From Aquificaceae bacterium (GTDB lineage Bacteria; Aquificota; Aquificia; Aquificales; Aquificaceae): a stretch of 64,000 bases of DNA. Made by a program: the position numbers and the translations under genes. Of the stretch, positions 37,661-47,293 are shown one piece after another (within the stretch, counting starts at the first letter, position 1; each line of letters starts with the position of its first letter). The notes under the pieces are model-generated. The model was not told the origin of the DNA. It made no database searches and worked only from the letters and a program-made list of their open reading frames with translations. Where the stretch lies: NCBI GenBank assembly GCA_037925075.1, contig JAXSNR010000001.1:214085-278084 (forward strand), given 5' to 3'.

Positions 37661-39011
37661 GGCTCAGGTTGTAGCTATTTATACTGATCTCCTCACTGGA
37701 GCTCAACCGTATATTCAAAAATCCTCTTGCCTGCAGTTTCTTGCTTACGCTCTCGTATCTTAAAGGATGCACCTGTAGTTCAATGTTGTTTTGATGGTAT
37801 AGAAGGCTTTCCTTCTCAAGCTCAAACATAAAAAGGGGTAAGCTCTTTATAAAGCCTTTCCCAAAGCAAGTGGGGCATGCTTCTGATAGCATCTTGGTTA
37901 GGCTTTTGCCGGTCTTCTTCCTTGACATCTCCAAAATACCTAACTTGGTAAAGCCATAAACCGTAACACTACAAGCCCCCTCACCAAAGGCTGATAGCAT
38001 ACGGTCTATTACAAGGTTCCTGTTTTCCTGCTTTTTCATATCTATAAAGTCCACAAGAATTATACCACCTATGTCTCTTAGCATTATCTGCCTAACTATC
38101 TCCTTTACCGCCTCAAGGTTTGTTTTCAGTGCGTTCTCCTCATGGCATGAGCCTGAGGGGTCTCCGCTGTTTACATCTATTATGGTAAAGGCTTCCGTTT
38201 CCTCTATAACTATGTAGCCACCGCTTTTTAGCCATATTACCTTGTTGAATATTTCTCTAAGAGTGTCGTAAAGCCTGTATCTATATATGTAACTGGATGG
38301 GTCTTTAAGGTAAAGGTTCTTTCTAAGAAGCCCGGGTTCAAACTCCTCAAGGAAGGAAGCTATGTTGTTCCATACTATAGTGTTATCAGAAACCACTTCC
38401 TCTATTTCTTGCAAATAATCCCTTATGAGCCTTATGTAGCTTGGATATTCTTCAAGTATCATCTGGGGTTTTTTAAGGGCTTTTGCCCTTTTTTGAACCC
38501 ATTCCCACTGCTCCCTGAGCTTTCGAAGTTCATCCTTCACAGCCTCTGGGTCTACATTAACCGCAGAGCTTCTAACTATTACGCCCTCTTCCTTCAAATC
38601 TTCTCCTAAGAACTTGCATAATCTTTCCTTTTCTTCCGCATGCACCTTGCTGGAACACTTTATATCCTTTCCTCTGGGAAAGTACACGAGATATTTCCCC
38701 ACAAGCTTTATGTTTGTGGTGAGCTTTGCACCCTTTTCACCCTCTGGCTCTCTCAACACTTGCACTATCACACTGTCCCCTACCCTGTAGCTTTCACCCT
38801 TAAGGGGCAAAAAGGCATCCTTGCCAATGCCTATGTCCACAAACACGCCATCCATACCTTTTGCAAGTCTTTTGACCTTGCCCTTGAATATGCTATCTAA
38901 AAGCCTTTGTCCTCCTTTTGGTTCCACGCTTATCCTATAAGTGGTCTCGCCATCTATAAGAAAAGAAAGTATCAACTCCTCCGAGGACAGAACTATTAGC
39001 CTCTTTGCCAT
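37653..39011 (-). CDS. rng: Rne/Rng-family ribonuclease (RNase G-like)
   Basis: S1 domain FVDIG...AFL, LKSGGYIVIEETEAFTIIDVNSG, GGIILVDFIDM, CPTCFGKG. Confidence 0.9.
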   Translation of the reverse strand: MAKRLIVLSSEELILSFLIDGETTYRISVEPKGGQRLLDSIFKGKVKRLAKGMDGVFVDIGIGKDAFLPLKGESYRVGDSVIVQVLREPEGEKGAKLTTNIKLVGKYLVYFPRGKDIKCSSKVHAEEKERLCKFLGEDLKEEGVIVRSSAVNVDPEAVKDELRKLREQWEWVQKRAKALKKPQMILEEYPSYIRLIRDYLQEIEEVVSDNTIVWNNIASFLEEFEPGLLRKNLYLKDPSSYIYRYRLYDTLREIFNKVIWLKSGGYIVIEETEAFTIIDVNSGDPSGSCHEENALKTNLEAVKEIVRQIMLRDIGGIILVDFIDMKKQENRNLVIDRMLSAFGEGACSVTVYGFTKLGILEMSRKKTGKSLTKMLSEACPTCFGKGFIKSLPLFMFELEKESLLYHQNNIELQVHPLRYESVSKKLQARGFLNIRLSSSEEISINSYNLSHA

Positions 39012-39019
39012 TAACTGTA

Positions 39020-41827
39020 TTATACCCTTTCCACGATGCTTTTTATTATCTCTCTTTCAAGAGGAGAACCCACCTTTGGCAGGATAGTCTCCAACACTAA
39101 GCTCTTTACACCATCATACCTGCTTAGCCTTCTGGCACATCTGATGGTGTCCCTTATGGAAAAGACAAAATCCACAGGCTCTTCAGATTGCTGAGTCTGA
39201 TAGGCTCTGTAGGCACTTCTTATGGCGTTGGCTGTCTTTAAAAGTTCGAAGATTTTCCAAACAAGGTTTTCAAGCTTCTCTTGACCTTGAAGGCTTGCTA
39301 CCCTTATACCATTTACCACCCAATGCCACAAATGTACGAACTCCTCAAGGTTAAGGTGTGAAAGCTCACGCACGTAGTCCTTGAGTATTATGGCTTCATC
39401 AGGATGGTATATACCACGCTCGTCCTCAAAGGGTGGATAGTCTATAAAGATTATGTCCGCCCTTGACTTTATGTCCTGTGGAAGCTCAGACACTCCCAAG
39501 TAGTTCTGAGGGTTCACTCCTCCCACAAACACCACATCCCTGTGTGCCTTGATAACTTCACCCGTAGGCAAGGTAAGGTATCTTCTGTAGTCAAAAAGTG
39601 GGTTAAAGAGCTTTACCATTCCCGCAGGCAAGGTGTTTATCTCGTCAAAGTATATGACCGCACCGGGGGTCTGGAGTGCCTTTACAAGGTCCGAGTACAC
39701 CCTCTTTGTCCCTCTCTTGGGGTCAAACTCATACACAAAGGTAATGTCCTCCTTTTCCATCTTGGAGTTGCAGGGGATTATGTAAAGGGGTCTGTTGGTA
39801 AGGGCGGAGAAAACCTCCACGAGAAAGTTCTTTCCTACACCCGCATCTCCTTCAAGTATGAGAATACCTTCGGAATACATGAGCTGTTCCTTTACCAAAG
39901 AAGCAAACCTCTCCAAATTCCTTACAAACCATGGAGTCTCCTCGTAGGAAACAAAAAGGGGAAGTCTGGAGGGCTCATGAGACAAAAGACCGTTTAGGTG
40001 CCTAAGGTACCGCCTTATCCATGGGGGTAGACGCCTTATCTCCTCCTGAGGTATAAGGTTTGGATATCTTTTTGGTTCCACTAAAAGGCCATCCTCTCTC
40101 TCAAAGGCTATTTTGGCGAATATCCTGTCCTGTAGAGGAAGCCTCTCTTCAACCCTTATCCTCCACTTGAAAGCTCTCTTCTCTCCAGAAAACTTGGGAA
40201 AGTCTTCGGAGCCAAAAATCACCTTTGAGTCTTCAAACCTTATCCTGTATCTGCTAAGCTTATCTTGGAGTAGCTTTTCCTGAAAGACCTTAATAAGTTG
40301 AGTCTGTGCCTGCTGGTTTAGGTAGCCGGGTAGCCTGTTTATAAACTCTCTTGCTATCTTTATCTCCTCAAGGGCTTCAAAATCCCTAAGGTCATCGCTC
40401 TCAACCTTGCTTATCGCCTGCCTTACTTTCTCTAAGTGCTCCTGCAAGGTTTTCTGAAAGTAGGTCTCAAGGCTTTCCCTAAGTGCTTTTAGTCTCTCCG
40501 CCCTTTCTCCCTCTTCTATCTTGAGCCTTGACTCCACTTCTCTAAGGTCTTCCGCATCCGCTTTGCCTTCTCTTATCCTTCCCTCTAAATTACTTACAAA
40601 AGCCTCAAACTTGGCTTCCTCCACCAAGACCTGTGCCTGTAGTATGATATCTCTGAGCCTCCTTATGGGCATATCCATAGAGATAAGCCTTCTGTACTCC
40701 TCAAACTCCTGAGGTTCCAAGATTGTATTTATCCTTTTTAGCCTGTTTTTCAAAGCTTTTAGCTCCTCTTCAGCCCTCTTTATAATCTGAGACTGCCTGT
40801 CCTTGTTGTATATGTATTCGGTAAGGTTTGTGCTTATGGCTCTAAGACTGTAAAGCCTTTTTTCATCTTCCTCTTTGTACGCACAAGTGTATAGGGTTCC
40901 ATCGGGAGAGACCCTCACCACAGAATAGCCAAAGCCCTCAAAGGTATGAAGAAATTCAAAGGTGGGAAGATATATAACTCCCATCCTGTTTTCTTCCGCA
41001 TCCGCAAGGAAGATAAAATCACCATCTGGTGAGATGTCCATGTGGGATATGTTTATGGGAGTGGTCAGGCTTTGGAGGGCTTCTTCAAGTTGTAGGTCGT
41101 AGGCAAAAAGGGTATTTCCCTCCGCAAGCACTACCCTATCCCTTAGTGGAAGGGCTGCCCTTTTGGAGGCGTGATTTAGTCTTTTGAGAAGCCTTCCTCC
41201 AAGGTCGTAAAGGGCAAGGCCTTCTGTGCCAGAAAGGAGCAATCTTGTCCCACCTAAAAACCTCAGGAACCTTAGCTCACCTATCTTAGCGTCCGAGTAA
41301 GAAAAGGTGCTTTTAAAATCAAGCCCTTCTGAACCAAAACCGCCGGATATGTCTATTACATAGACCCTTTCTCCTACAACGCCGTAGGCAAGAAAGCTTC
41401 CGTAAAGGTCAAGCCCTACGGATGCCCTTATGCCTTCTTGGGTGGTCCTAAAGCTCTTCCATGTCTGTAGGTTTTTTGTGTCTTCCATAAGATAGACCAC
41501 AAGGTAGGGGGGTGTTATGAGGGCAAGGTATCTGCCTTTAAAGAGTATGTCTGTTACCACCTGAGCGGGGGGTCTGGAAGGTAGCCTGTGGATCTTGCCA
41601 GTCCAATCATAAAGCTGTAAAAGCCCATGCCTTCTTCCCACAAGGAGCCAGTAGCCATCTTCGGACACATCCATGGCATCCACCCAGAACTCCTCTATGC
41701 GTGCGTCTGGGTCCTTTTCCAAAAAGTCCTCAAGTGAAAAAGTTAGCTCTCCCTTTGGGGTCGTAAGCCTTAGAACCTTTTCTTCTTCCTTTTCCCTTCT
41801 ACGAAGGAGCTTCTGAACAAAACGCAT
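39020..41827 (-). CDS. Beta-propeller / coiled-coil / MoxR-type AAA+ ATPase fusion
   Basis: WD-like repeats (MDVSEDG, MDISPDG, VRVSPDG), E/K/R-rich helical middle, Walker A GDAGVGKN, Walker B YFDEIN, GVNP, DIKSRA, FSIRD. Confidence 0.75.
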   Translation of the reverse strand: MRFVQKLLRRREKEEEKVLRLTTPKGELTFSLEDFLEKDPDARIEEFWVDAMDVSEDGYWLLVGRRHGLLQLYDWTGKIHRLPSRPPAQVVTDILFKGRYLALITPPYLVVYLMEDTKNLQTWKSFRTTQEGIRASVGLDLYGSFLAYGVVGERVYVIDISGGFGSEGLDFKSTFSYSDAKIGELRFLRFLGGTRLLLSGTEGLALYDLGGRLLKRLNHASKRAALPLRDRVVLAEGNTLFAYDLQLEEALQSLTTPINISHMDISPDGDFIFLADAEENRMGVIYLPTFEFLHTFEGFGYSVVRVSPDGTLYTCAYKEEDEKRLYSLRAISTNLTEYIYNKDRQSQIIKRAEEELKALKNRLKRINTILEPQEFEEYRRLISMDMPIRRLRDIILQAQVLVEEAKFEAFVSNLEGRIREGKADAEDLREVESRLKIEEGERAERLKALRESLETYFQKTLQEHLEKVRQAISKVESDDLRDFEALEEIKIAREFINRLPGYLNQQAQTQLIKVFQEKLLQDKLSRYRIRFEDSKVIFGSEDFPKFSGEKRAFKWRIRVEERLPLQDRIFAKIAFEREDGLLVEPKRYPNLIPQEEIRRLPPWIRRYLRHLNGLLSHEPSRLPLFVSYEETPWFVRNLERFASLVKEQLMYSEGILILEGDAGVGKNFLVEVFSALTNRPLYIIPCNSKMEKEDITFVYEFDPKRGTKRVYSDLVKALQTPGAVIYFDEINTLPAGMVKLFNPLFDYRRYLTLPTGEVIKAHRDVVFVGGVNPQNYLGVSELPQDIKSRADIIFIDYPPFEDERGIYHPDEAIILKDYVRELSHLNLEEFVHLWHWVVNGIRVASLQGQEKLENLVWKIFELLKTANAIRSAYRAYQTQQSEEPVDFVFSIRDTIRCARRLSRYDGVKSLVLETILPKVGSPLEREIIKSIVERV

Positions 41828-41845
41828 AACTTTAAAATATTAACC

Positions 41846-42490
41846 GTGAAAGACTTAAAAACCTATGATTTATCTTATGTTGAGGCCCTCAAGGGCAAGG
41901 AAAACATGGAAAGGGATTGGGAAAATCTTCTTATTGCAGAAAAAACCGGCAAGCCCACCTTTAGGCTTTACAGATGGAGCGAACCCACCTTAAGCATAGG
42001 ATACTCTCAATCTCCTTTGACCTTTCCTGTACCTGTGGTAAAAAGACCCACAGGCGGTGGAGCACTCCTTCATGGTTGGGACCTTTCCTTTTCCTACACG
42101 GGTCTGAAGAAGGACTGGGGAGGTAGCTTTACAAAGATTTATAAAAACTTTATGGGGCTTATCTTGGATAGCCTTAAAGGTCTAAATCCCGAATTTGAAA
42201 TGAGCAGGTACAGGGGAGGGTATGAGCACTTTTTCTGCTACTTTTATCCAACCCTTGGGGAGATAACCTTCAGAGGCAAAAAGGTGCTTGCCTGTGCCAT
42301 GAGAGTGCTAAAAGATGCCTTCCTTATACACGGTAGCCTTTTTGTTGAGTTTGATTACGAAAAGTTTGAAGAGCTTACGGGCATTCAAGCAAGCCTGATA
42401 AGGGAAAGGATAACAACCTTTAAGGAGCTAAACATACCAATCCATGCCTTGGTTTCTCTTATGAAAAGCATAAGGCTTTCACTGTTTTAA
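41846..42490 (+). CDS. Lipoate-protein ligase A/LipM-family protein
   Basis: FRLYRW..PTLSIGYSQ, KRPTGGGALLH, GKKV...A.R, HGSL. Confidence 0.88.
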   Translation: MKDLKTYDLSYVEALKGKENMERDWENLLIAEKTGKPTFRLYRWSEPTLSIGYSQSPLTFPVPVVKRPTGGGALLHGWDLSFSYTGLKKDWGGSFTKIYKNFMGLILDSLKGLNPEFEMSRYRGGYEHFFCYFYPTLGEITFRGKKVLACAMRVLKDAFLIHGSLFVEFDYEKFEELTGIQASLIRERITTFKELNIPIHALVSLMKSIRLSLF

Positions 42491-42499
42491 AATAGAGAT

Positions 42500-43000
42500 A
42501 TGCCAGTTATCATAACCCTTTTTAGGCTTTTCCTCCTTGTTCCGACCATCTACCTTCTTCAGGAAGGGCATAAGAGCCTTGCGGGTGCTCTTGTGGTAGT
42601 TGCGGGCGTTTCCGATTGGTTGGATGGTGGTCTGGCAAGAAAAAACAATCAGGTAAGTAAGCTGGGAACACTCCTTGACCCTCTCGTGGATAAGCTTTTT
42701 GTCCTCGGCGTGCTTTCTTACTTTCTTTATAGCCAAGAGGTTGGACTTTTGCCCTTTTTGCTACTTTTGATAAGGGAGCTTTCTGTATCCTTTTTGAGAA
42801 GCCTCTCTGTGGAAAAGGGCTATATCATGCCAGCGTCTTACCTTGGAAAGGCAAAGGCTTTTTTTGAATTTATAACCCTCATAGCCCTGTGCTTTGACCA
42901 AGATTACGCTAAGGTCCTTCTGTGGCTTTCTGTATTTTTGGCGTACCTTTCCATGTACGACTACGCGGTTAGGTATTTTACCTTTGAAAAAAGAGCCTAG
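42500..43000 (+). CDS. pgsA: CDP-alcohol phosphatidyltransferase (PgsA-like)
   Basis: SDWLDGGLARK, GTLLDPLVDK, IRE, GKAKA. Confidence 0.82.
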   Translation: MPVIITLFRLFLLVPTIYLLQEGHKSLAGALVVVAGVSDWLDGGLARKNNQVSKLGTLLDPLVDKLFVLGVLSYFLYSQEVGLLPFLLLLIRELSVSFLRSLSVEKGYIMPASYLGKAKAFFEFITLIALCFDQDYAKVLLWLSVFLAYLSMYDYAVRYFTFEKRA

Positions 43001-43030
43001 GCTTTCCCTTTGGCGGTATAATATTGCACC

Positions 43031-44281
43031 ATGTTAAAGGAATACAACCCCTACCTTGAATACAAAGGCGAAGAGCTTTACTTAGAAGGCGTTTCCCTTA
43101 AGGCTCTTGCGGAGGAGTTTGGCACCCCCCTTTATGTTTATAGCGGTAGCTATATAAGGGATAGAATAAGGGCTTACAGAGAAGCCTTCCCCAACGCCTT
43201 AATATGCTATGCGGTAAAAGCCAACTTCAACCCCCACATAGTAGCTACAGTCAAAGAAGAAGGTGCGGGTGTGGACATAGTTTCTGGTGGTGAGCTTTTT
43301 GTAAGTTTAAGGGCTGGAGTGGAACCCTCAAAGATAGTCTATGCGGGCGTTGGCAAAACGGTCAGAGAGCTTGAGTACGCCATAAGCTCAGATATTCTCA
43401 TGTTTAACGTGGAATCCTTCATGGAGCTTGATGTTCTCAATGAGATGGCCCAAAGGCTTGGAAAAAAGGCTCGCATAGCCATAAGGGTAAACCCAGATGT
43501 GGACCCCAAAACCCACCCTTACATCTCCACAGGTATGAAGAAAAGCAAGTTTGGAGTGGATATAAAGACCGCAAAGAAGGAGTATGAGTACGCAAGGACT
43601 TTGAAAAACCTTCAGGTGGTGGGCATACACTGTCATATAGGCTCCCAGATATTGGACGTTTCCCCTTACATTGAAGCGTCTCAAAAGGTGGTGGAGCTTT
43701 ACCATGAGCTTACAAGGGAAGGCTTTGAGATTGAGTATCTGGACCTTGGCGGTGGGCTTGGTATAAAGTACAAACCAGACCAGTCAAACCCAGAGCCCTC
43801 TGACCTTGCGGAAGCCATATTGCCGGTGATAAAGGATGTAAAGGCTAAGCTCATTCTTGAACCCGGAAGGTCTGTGGTGGGAAACGCGGGAGTGCTTTTG
43901 ACTCAGGTTCAGTTTATAAAGGACAAGGGACACAAACACTTTGTGATAGTGGATGCGGGTATGAACGACCTTGTGAGACCTGCCATGTACGAGGCATACC
44001 ATCATATAGTACCTGTGGAAAGAAGAGAAAGACCCTACATAAAGACCGATGTGGTGGGTCCCATATGTGAAACGGGGGACTTCCTTGCCCTTGACAGAGA
44101 GCTACAAGCGGTAGAAAGGGGCGAATACTTGGCTGTGCTTTCCGCAGGAGCATACGGCTTTGCCATGTCTTCCCATTACAACGTAAGACCAAGAGCCTGT
44201 GAAATCCTTGTGGAAAAGGGAAGCTACAAGGTTATAAGAGAAAGGGAGGACTATGAATACATAATATCCTTATCCCCTTAG
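43031..44281 (+). CDS. lysA: Diaminopimelate decarboxylase
   Basis: YAVKAN, HCHIGSQ, LDLGGG, EPGR, GPICETGD, GAYG..MSSHYN. Confidence 0.97.
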   Translation: MLKEYNPYLEYKGEELYLEGVSLKALAEEFGTPLYVYSGSYIRDRIRAYREAFPNALICYAVKANFNPHIVATVKEEGAGVDIVSGGELFVSLRAGVEPSKIVYAGVGKTVRELEYAISSDILMFNVESFMELDVLNEMAQRLGKKARIAIRVNPDVDPKTHPYISTGMKKSKFGVDIKTAKKEYEYARTLKNLQVVGIHCHIGSQILDVSPYIEASQKVVELYHELTREGFEIEYLDLGGGLGIKYKPDQSNPEPSDLAEAILPVIKDVKAKLILEPGRSVVGNAGVLLTQVQFIKDKGHKHFVIVDAGMNDLVRPAMYEAYHHIVPVERRERPYIKTDVVGPICETGDFLALDRELQAVERGEYLAVLSAGAYGFAMSSHYNVRPRACEILVEKGSYKVIREREDYEYIISLSP

Positions 44282-45703
44282 CTCTCTAACCACACTGTTT
44301 ACCACATCAATTACAGCTTGTGGTGTGTAAAAGGTAAAAACTATTAGCATGAGCAACATTAAGGCTGGTATTAATAGCATAAAGGGATGTATAGCCTTTT
44401 CCCTTTCCCCCTTACCCGTTCCTGAGAGCATGGGCAGAACCTGCCAAAAAACTCCAGAAAAGGCTACTGCGAGAGAAATGAGCACTAAAATACCAAGAAA
44501 CTGATTTTTTTGAATAAGCCCAATTATTATGTAAAGTTTGCTAAAAAAGGTAGAAAAGGGTGGTAATCCAGATATACTAGCTAAGCCAAACAGCAACACA
44601 AATGAGGTTATCTTCATATCTTTAAAAAGACCATTTATCTTTTCCATCCTCCTTTCGTGCAATAGGGAAAGTATGTTTCCAGATGCCATAAAAAGAACAC
44701 CCTTGCTTATAGCATGAAAAAGTATATGCAAGATAGCACCAAAGGCACCATAACCGCCCACGCCAAAACCAAGAGCTATAAGACCCATATTTTCCATGGA
44801 TGAGTAGGCAAAAAGCCTCTTATACTCCCCCTGCCTTAGCATAATAAGGCTTGAGAGAAAGAGGGTTAGCAAACCAAAGAAGATCATAAAATTCCCCGCA
44901 TAGGCTATGCCCGCCTTTTCGTTTATCTGATAAAACCTCAAAATGCCAAGCAAAGCGGTGTTTAAAAGAACACCAGAAAGGAGAGCACTAACAGGACTTG
45001 GTGCCTGAGAATGTGCATCCGGAAGCCAGTTGTGCATAGGTGCAAAGCCCACCTTTGTGCCAAAGCCTACAAGGGCAAGGATAAAGGAAAGAAAAAGTAT
45101 ATTCCTATCAAGCTTTTGAACTGAAGCCATTATATCAACGAAGGAAAGAGCTTTAAGACTATCACCGTACACATGAGCGGTTGAGTAATAAAGTAATACA
45201 ATTGCAAATAGACCCAAGGTAATACCTATAGAACACATTATCACATACTTCCAAGAAGCTTCGTAAGACTCTTTACTTCTATAAAAGGCTATAAGCAAGG
45301 CTGTGGTTAAGGTGGTGGCTTCAAGCCCAACCCAATATATGCCAAGGTTGTTGGAAAGTATGGATACTATCATGCTAAGAATAAAGCCATTTTTCCAAAA
45401 ATAGTAATACTTGAAACGCCTTTTAGATATGCCCTGAGATATTTCTGTCCTTACATAACCAAAGGAGTAAAAAACCACAAAAAGCTCAAGCAAGGCAACA
45501 CTCAAAAGAAGAAAGGAATCAATAGGATCTACAAGGAAAAGGTCGTAAAAGTGCGTAGAATATTCTTTGCGAAAGAAGATATAAAGGCTTGATAGAAACA
45601 AACCAAAAGAAATTAGAAGTTGTAGATAGGACATGACCAGAACATCCACAAAAAGTGAGAGGATTAGGCCTAATGCTGGTAGCAATAAAGGTACGGAAAT
45701 CAT
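44270..45703 (-). CDS. hyfF: Ehr/hydrogenase-4 antiporter-like subunit (HyfF/EhrD-like)
   Basis: WVGLEATT, EASWKY, GTKVGFAPMHNWLPDAHSQAPSPVSALLSG, AYSSMEN. Confidence 0.85.
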   Translation of the reverse strand: MISVPLLLPALGLILSLFVDVLVMSYLQLLISFGLFLSSLYIFFRKEYSTHFYDLFLVDPIDSFLLLSVALLELFVVFYSFGYVRTEISQGISKRRFKYYYFWKNGFILSMIVSILSNNLGIYWVGLEATTLTTALLIAFYRSKESYEASWKYVIMCSIGITLGLFAIVLLYYSTAHVYGDSLKALSFVDIMASVQKLDRNILFLSFILALVGFGTKVGFAPMHNWLPDAHSQAPSPVSALLSGVLLNTALLGILRFYQINEKAGIAYAGNFMIFFGLLTLFLSSLIMLRQGEYKRLFAYSSMENMGLIALGFGVGGYGAFGAILHILFHAISKGVLFMASGNILSLLHERRMEKINGLFKDMKITSFVLLFGLASISGLPPFSTFFSKLYIIIGLIQKNQFLGILVLISLAVAFSGVFWQVLPMLSGTGKGEREKAIHPFMLLIPALMLLMLIVFTFYTPQAVIDVVNSVVRELRG

Positions 45704-46344
45704 TCTTTTAGCACCTCCAAAGCATCAACTCTTATGTCCTCAAAGCTCTTCATTATGCGAAGGAGCAAGACAGAAGCCATAAGTATGCTTACAAAAATGT
45801 CAAAAAGTATGCCGAGTTCTACTACCAGAGGCATTCCCGTAACAGCACTGTTTGCAGCCAAGAATATGGCATTTTCCATTATTAAAAGCCCTAATATCTG
45901 GGAAAAAAGAACCTTTCTGATAACAAGGAGCATACCACCTATAAAGAAGGTGGATAGAGATGACACAAACACAAACTTGCCAAAAATAAACTCAAGACCA
46001 CCAAACTTTGCAACCAGTATTGTAGATATAACTATAAGAATACCAGAAAACACCACAGCGGATGGAATGCTCATGATCATATCAAGTTCCCTTTCCTTGC
46101 CAGTTCTTTTAAGAACCCTGAAAAGTAAAATAGGGATCAGTATGCCTTTAAATACTATGGTAGCCAAAAAGGAAAGGTAGAGATGGAAGACCCCTGAGCT
46201 TATAGCTACCACAAGTACATACAAGGCAAGCGTCCATGATTGGAGCATGTTTAGTCTTATGGCAAACTTCAAAAAGGGAGAGGCAACGTTCAGAACTGCA
46301 AAAACCAGTACCATGAGAGCAAAAAAGCTTGCCAGTTTTTCCAT
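45700..46344 (-). CDS. hyfE: Ehr/hydrogenase-4 membrane subunit (HyfE/EhrC-like)
   Basis: FKGILIP..L, SQILGLLIMENAIF, MPLVVELGILFD; start ATG 46344 behind SD GGAGG. Confidence 0.82.
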   Translation of the reverse strand: MEKLASFFALMVLVFAVLNVASPFLKFAIRLNMLQSWTLALYVLVVAISSGVFHLYLSFLATIVFKGILIPILLFRVLKRTGKERELDMIMSIPSAVVFSGILIVISTILVAKFGGLEFIFGKFVFVSSLSTFFIGGMLLVIRKVLFSQILGLLIMENAIFLAANSAVTGMPLVVELGILFDIFVSILMASVLLLRIMKSFEDIRVDALEVLKE

Positions 46345-46345
46345 C

Positions 46346-47293
46346 TTAAGCCTCCATAGAAAGTACAAGTGCAAGCAAGGAAAGGACAAAAGCAAAGGAG
46401 AGGATGTTGGGAACTCTAAAAAGTCTCAACTTCGCATTGAAGGATTCCACAAAGGCAACAACCAGACAAAGAAATAACATCTTTATCAGATAGAGGGCAA
46501 AAGCCAAAGGATAAAGAGTAGCATCCCCTATGAAGGGAAATAGCAACATAGACATAAGGCTCAAAAACAGCGTAAGCCTTAAATAGGAGCCATATTCAAA
46601 GAGAAAAAGGTGCTTACCACTTGCCTCAAGTATGTTAGCCTCATGAACCATGGTGAGCTCTAAATGAGTTTCTGGATTGTCAAAGGGTATGCGTGCGTTT
46701 TCCGCAAGGGCAAGCACCAGAAGGGCAAACAATATAAGGAAGGGTATGCTTATTGAAAAGTGGTCTGATCCCTCAGAAAGGAGAGAGCGAAGTTCATCAC
46801 TTAGCTTTAAAAAAACACCCTTTAGATTAGGCTCTCCAGTGTATACACAAAGAGAGAAGAAAAGCAACACCGCACTTGGTTCTGACAAACTGCTTATAAA
46901 CCACTCCCTGCTTGAACCAAGACCTCCAAAGGAGCTTGCCTGATCAAGGGCATATAGGGTCATGAAAAAAACAGGTAGGGAAAGAAGGTATAGGATAACC
47001 ACAGGGTTTGAAGAATTTCCCAACGGAGGATTTTTGTAGAAAAAGGGAAGCATAAAGCACAAAATGGCATGAGGTAAAAAGTAAAAATAGGGGGCAATGC
47101 TTGAGACTATGCTTGCCTCCTTTGAAAGCACCACTTCTTTTTTGATAAGCTTGTAGAGATTCCTATAGAATTGAAAAAGACTTATACCCTTTTGACCTCT
47201 TATCCTTTGCTTTACTTTGTGGATAAGACCTGCAAAAAAGGGAGCAAGCATTATAACAACAAGAGCCTGTATAATACCCAAAAGCAAACTCAT
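46346..47293 (-). CDS. hyfC: Ehr/hydrogenase-4 NuoH-like subunit (HyfC/HycD)
   Basis: LAPFFAGLIHKVK.R..GQKG, GGLGSSRE, AENARIPFDNPETHLELTMVHEA, AKLRLFRVP; start ATG 47293. Confidence 0.87.
   Translation of the reverse strand: MSLLLGIIQALVVIMLAPFFAGLIHKVKQRIRGQKGISLFQFYRNLYKLIKKEVVLSKEASIVSSIAPYFYFLPHAILCFMLPFFYKNPPLGNSSNPVVILYLLSLPVFFMTLYALDQASSFGGLGSSREWFISSLSEPSAVLLFFSLCVYTGEPNLKGVFLKLSDELRSLLSEGSDHFSISIPFLILFALLVLALAENARIPFDNPETHLELTMVHEANILEASGKHLFLFEYGSYLRLTLFLSLMSMLLFPFIGDATLYPLAFALYLIKMLFLCLVVAFVESFNAKLRLFRVPNILSFAFVLSLLALVLSMEA

Noticed and set aside
42991-43005. AGCCTAGGCT palindrome at the pgsA stop as a terminator
   Set aside because: Too short, no proper loop and only a weak U tract.
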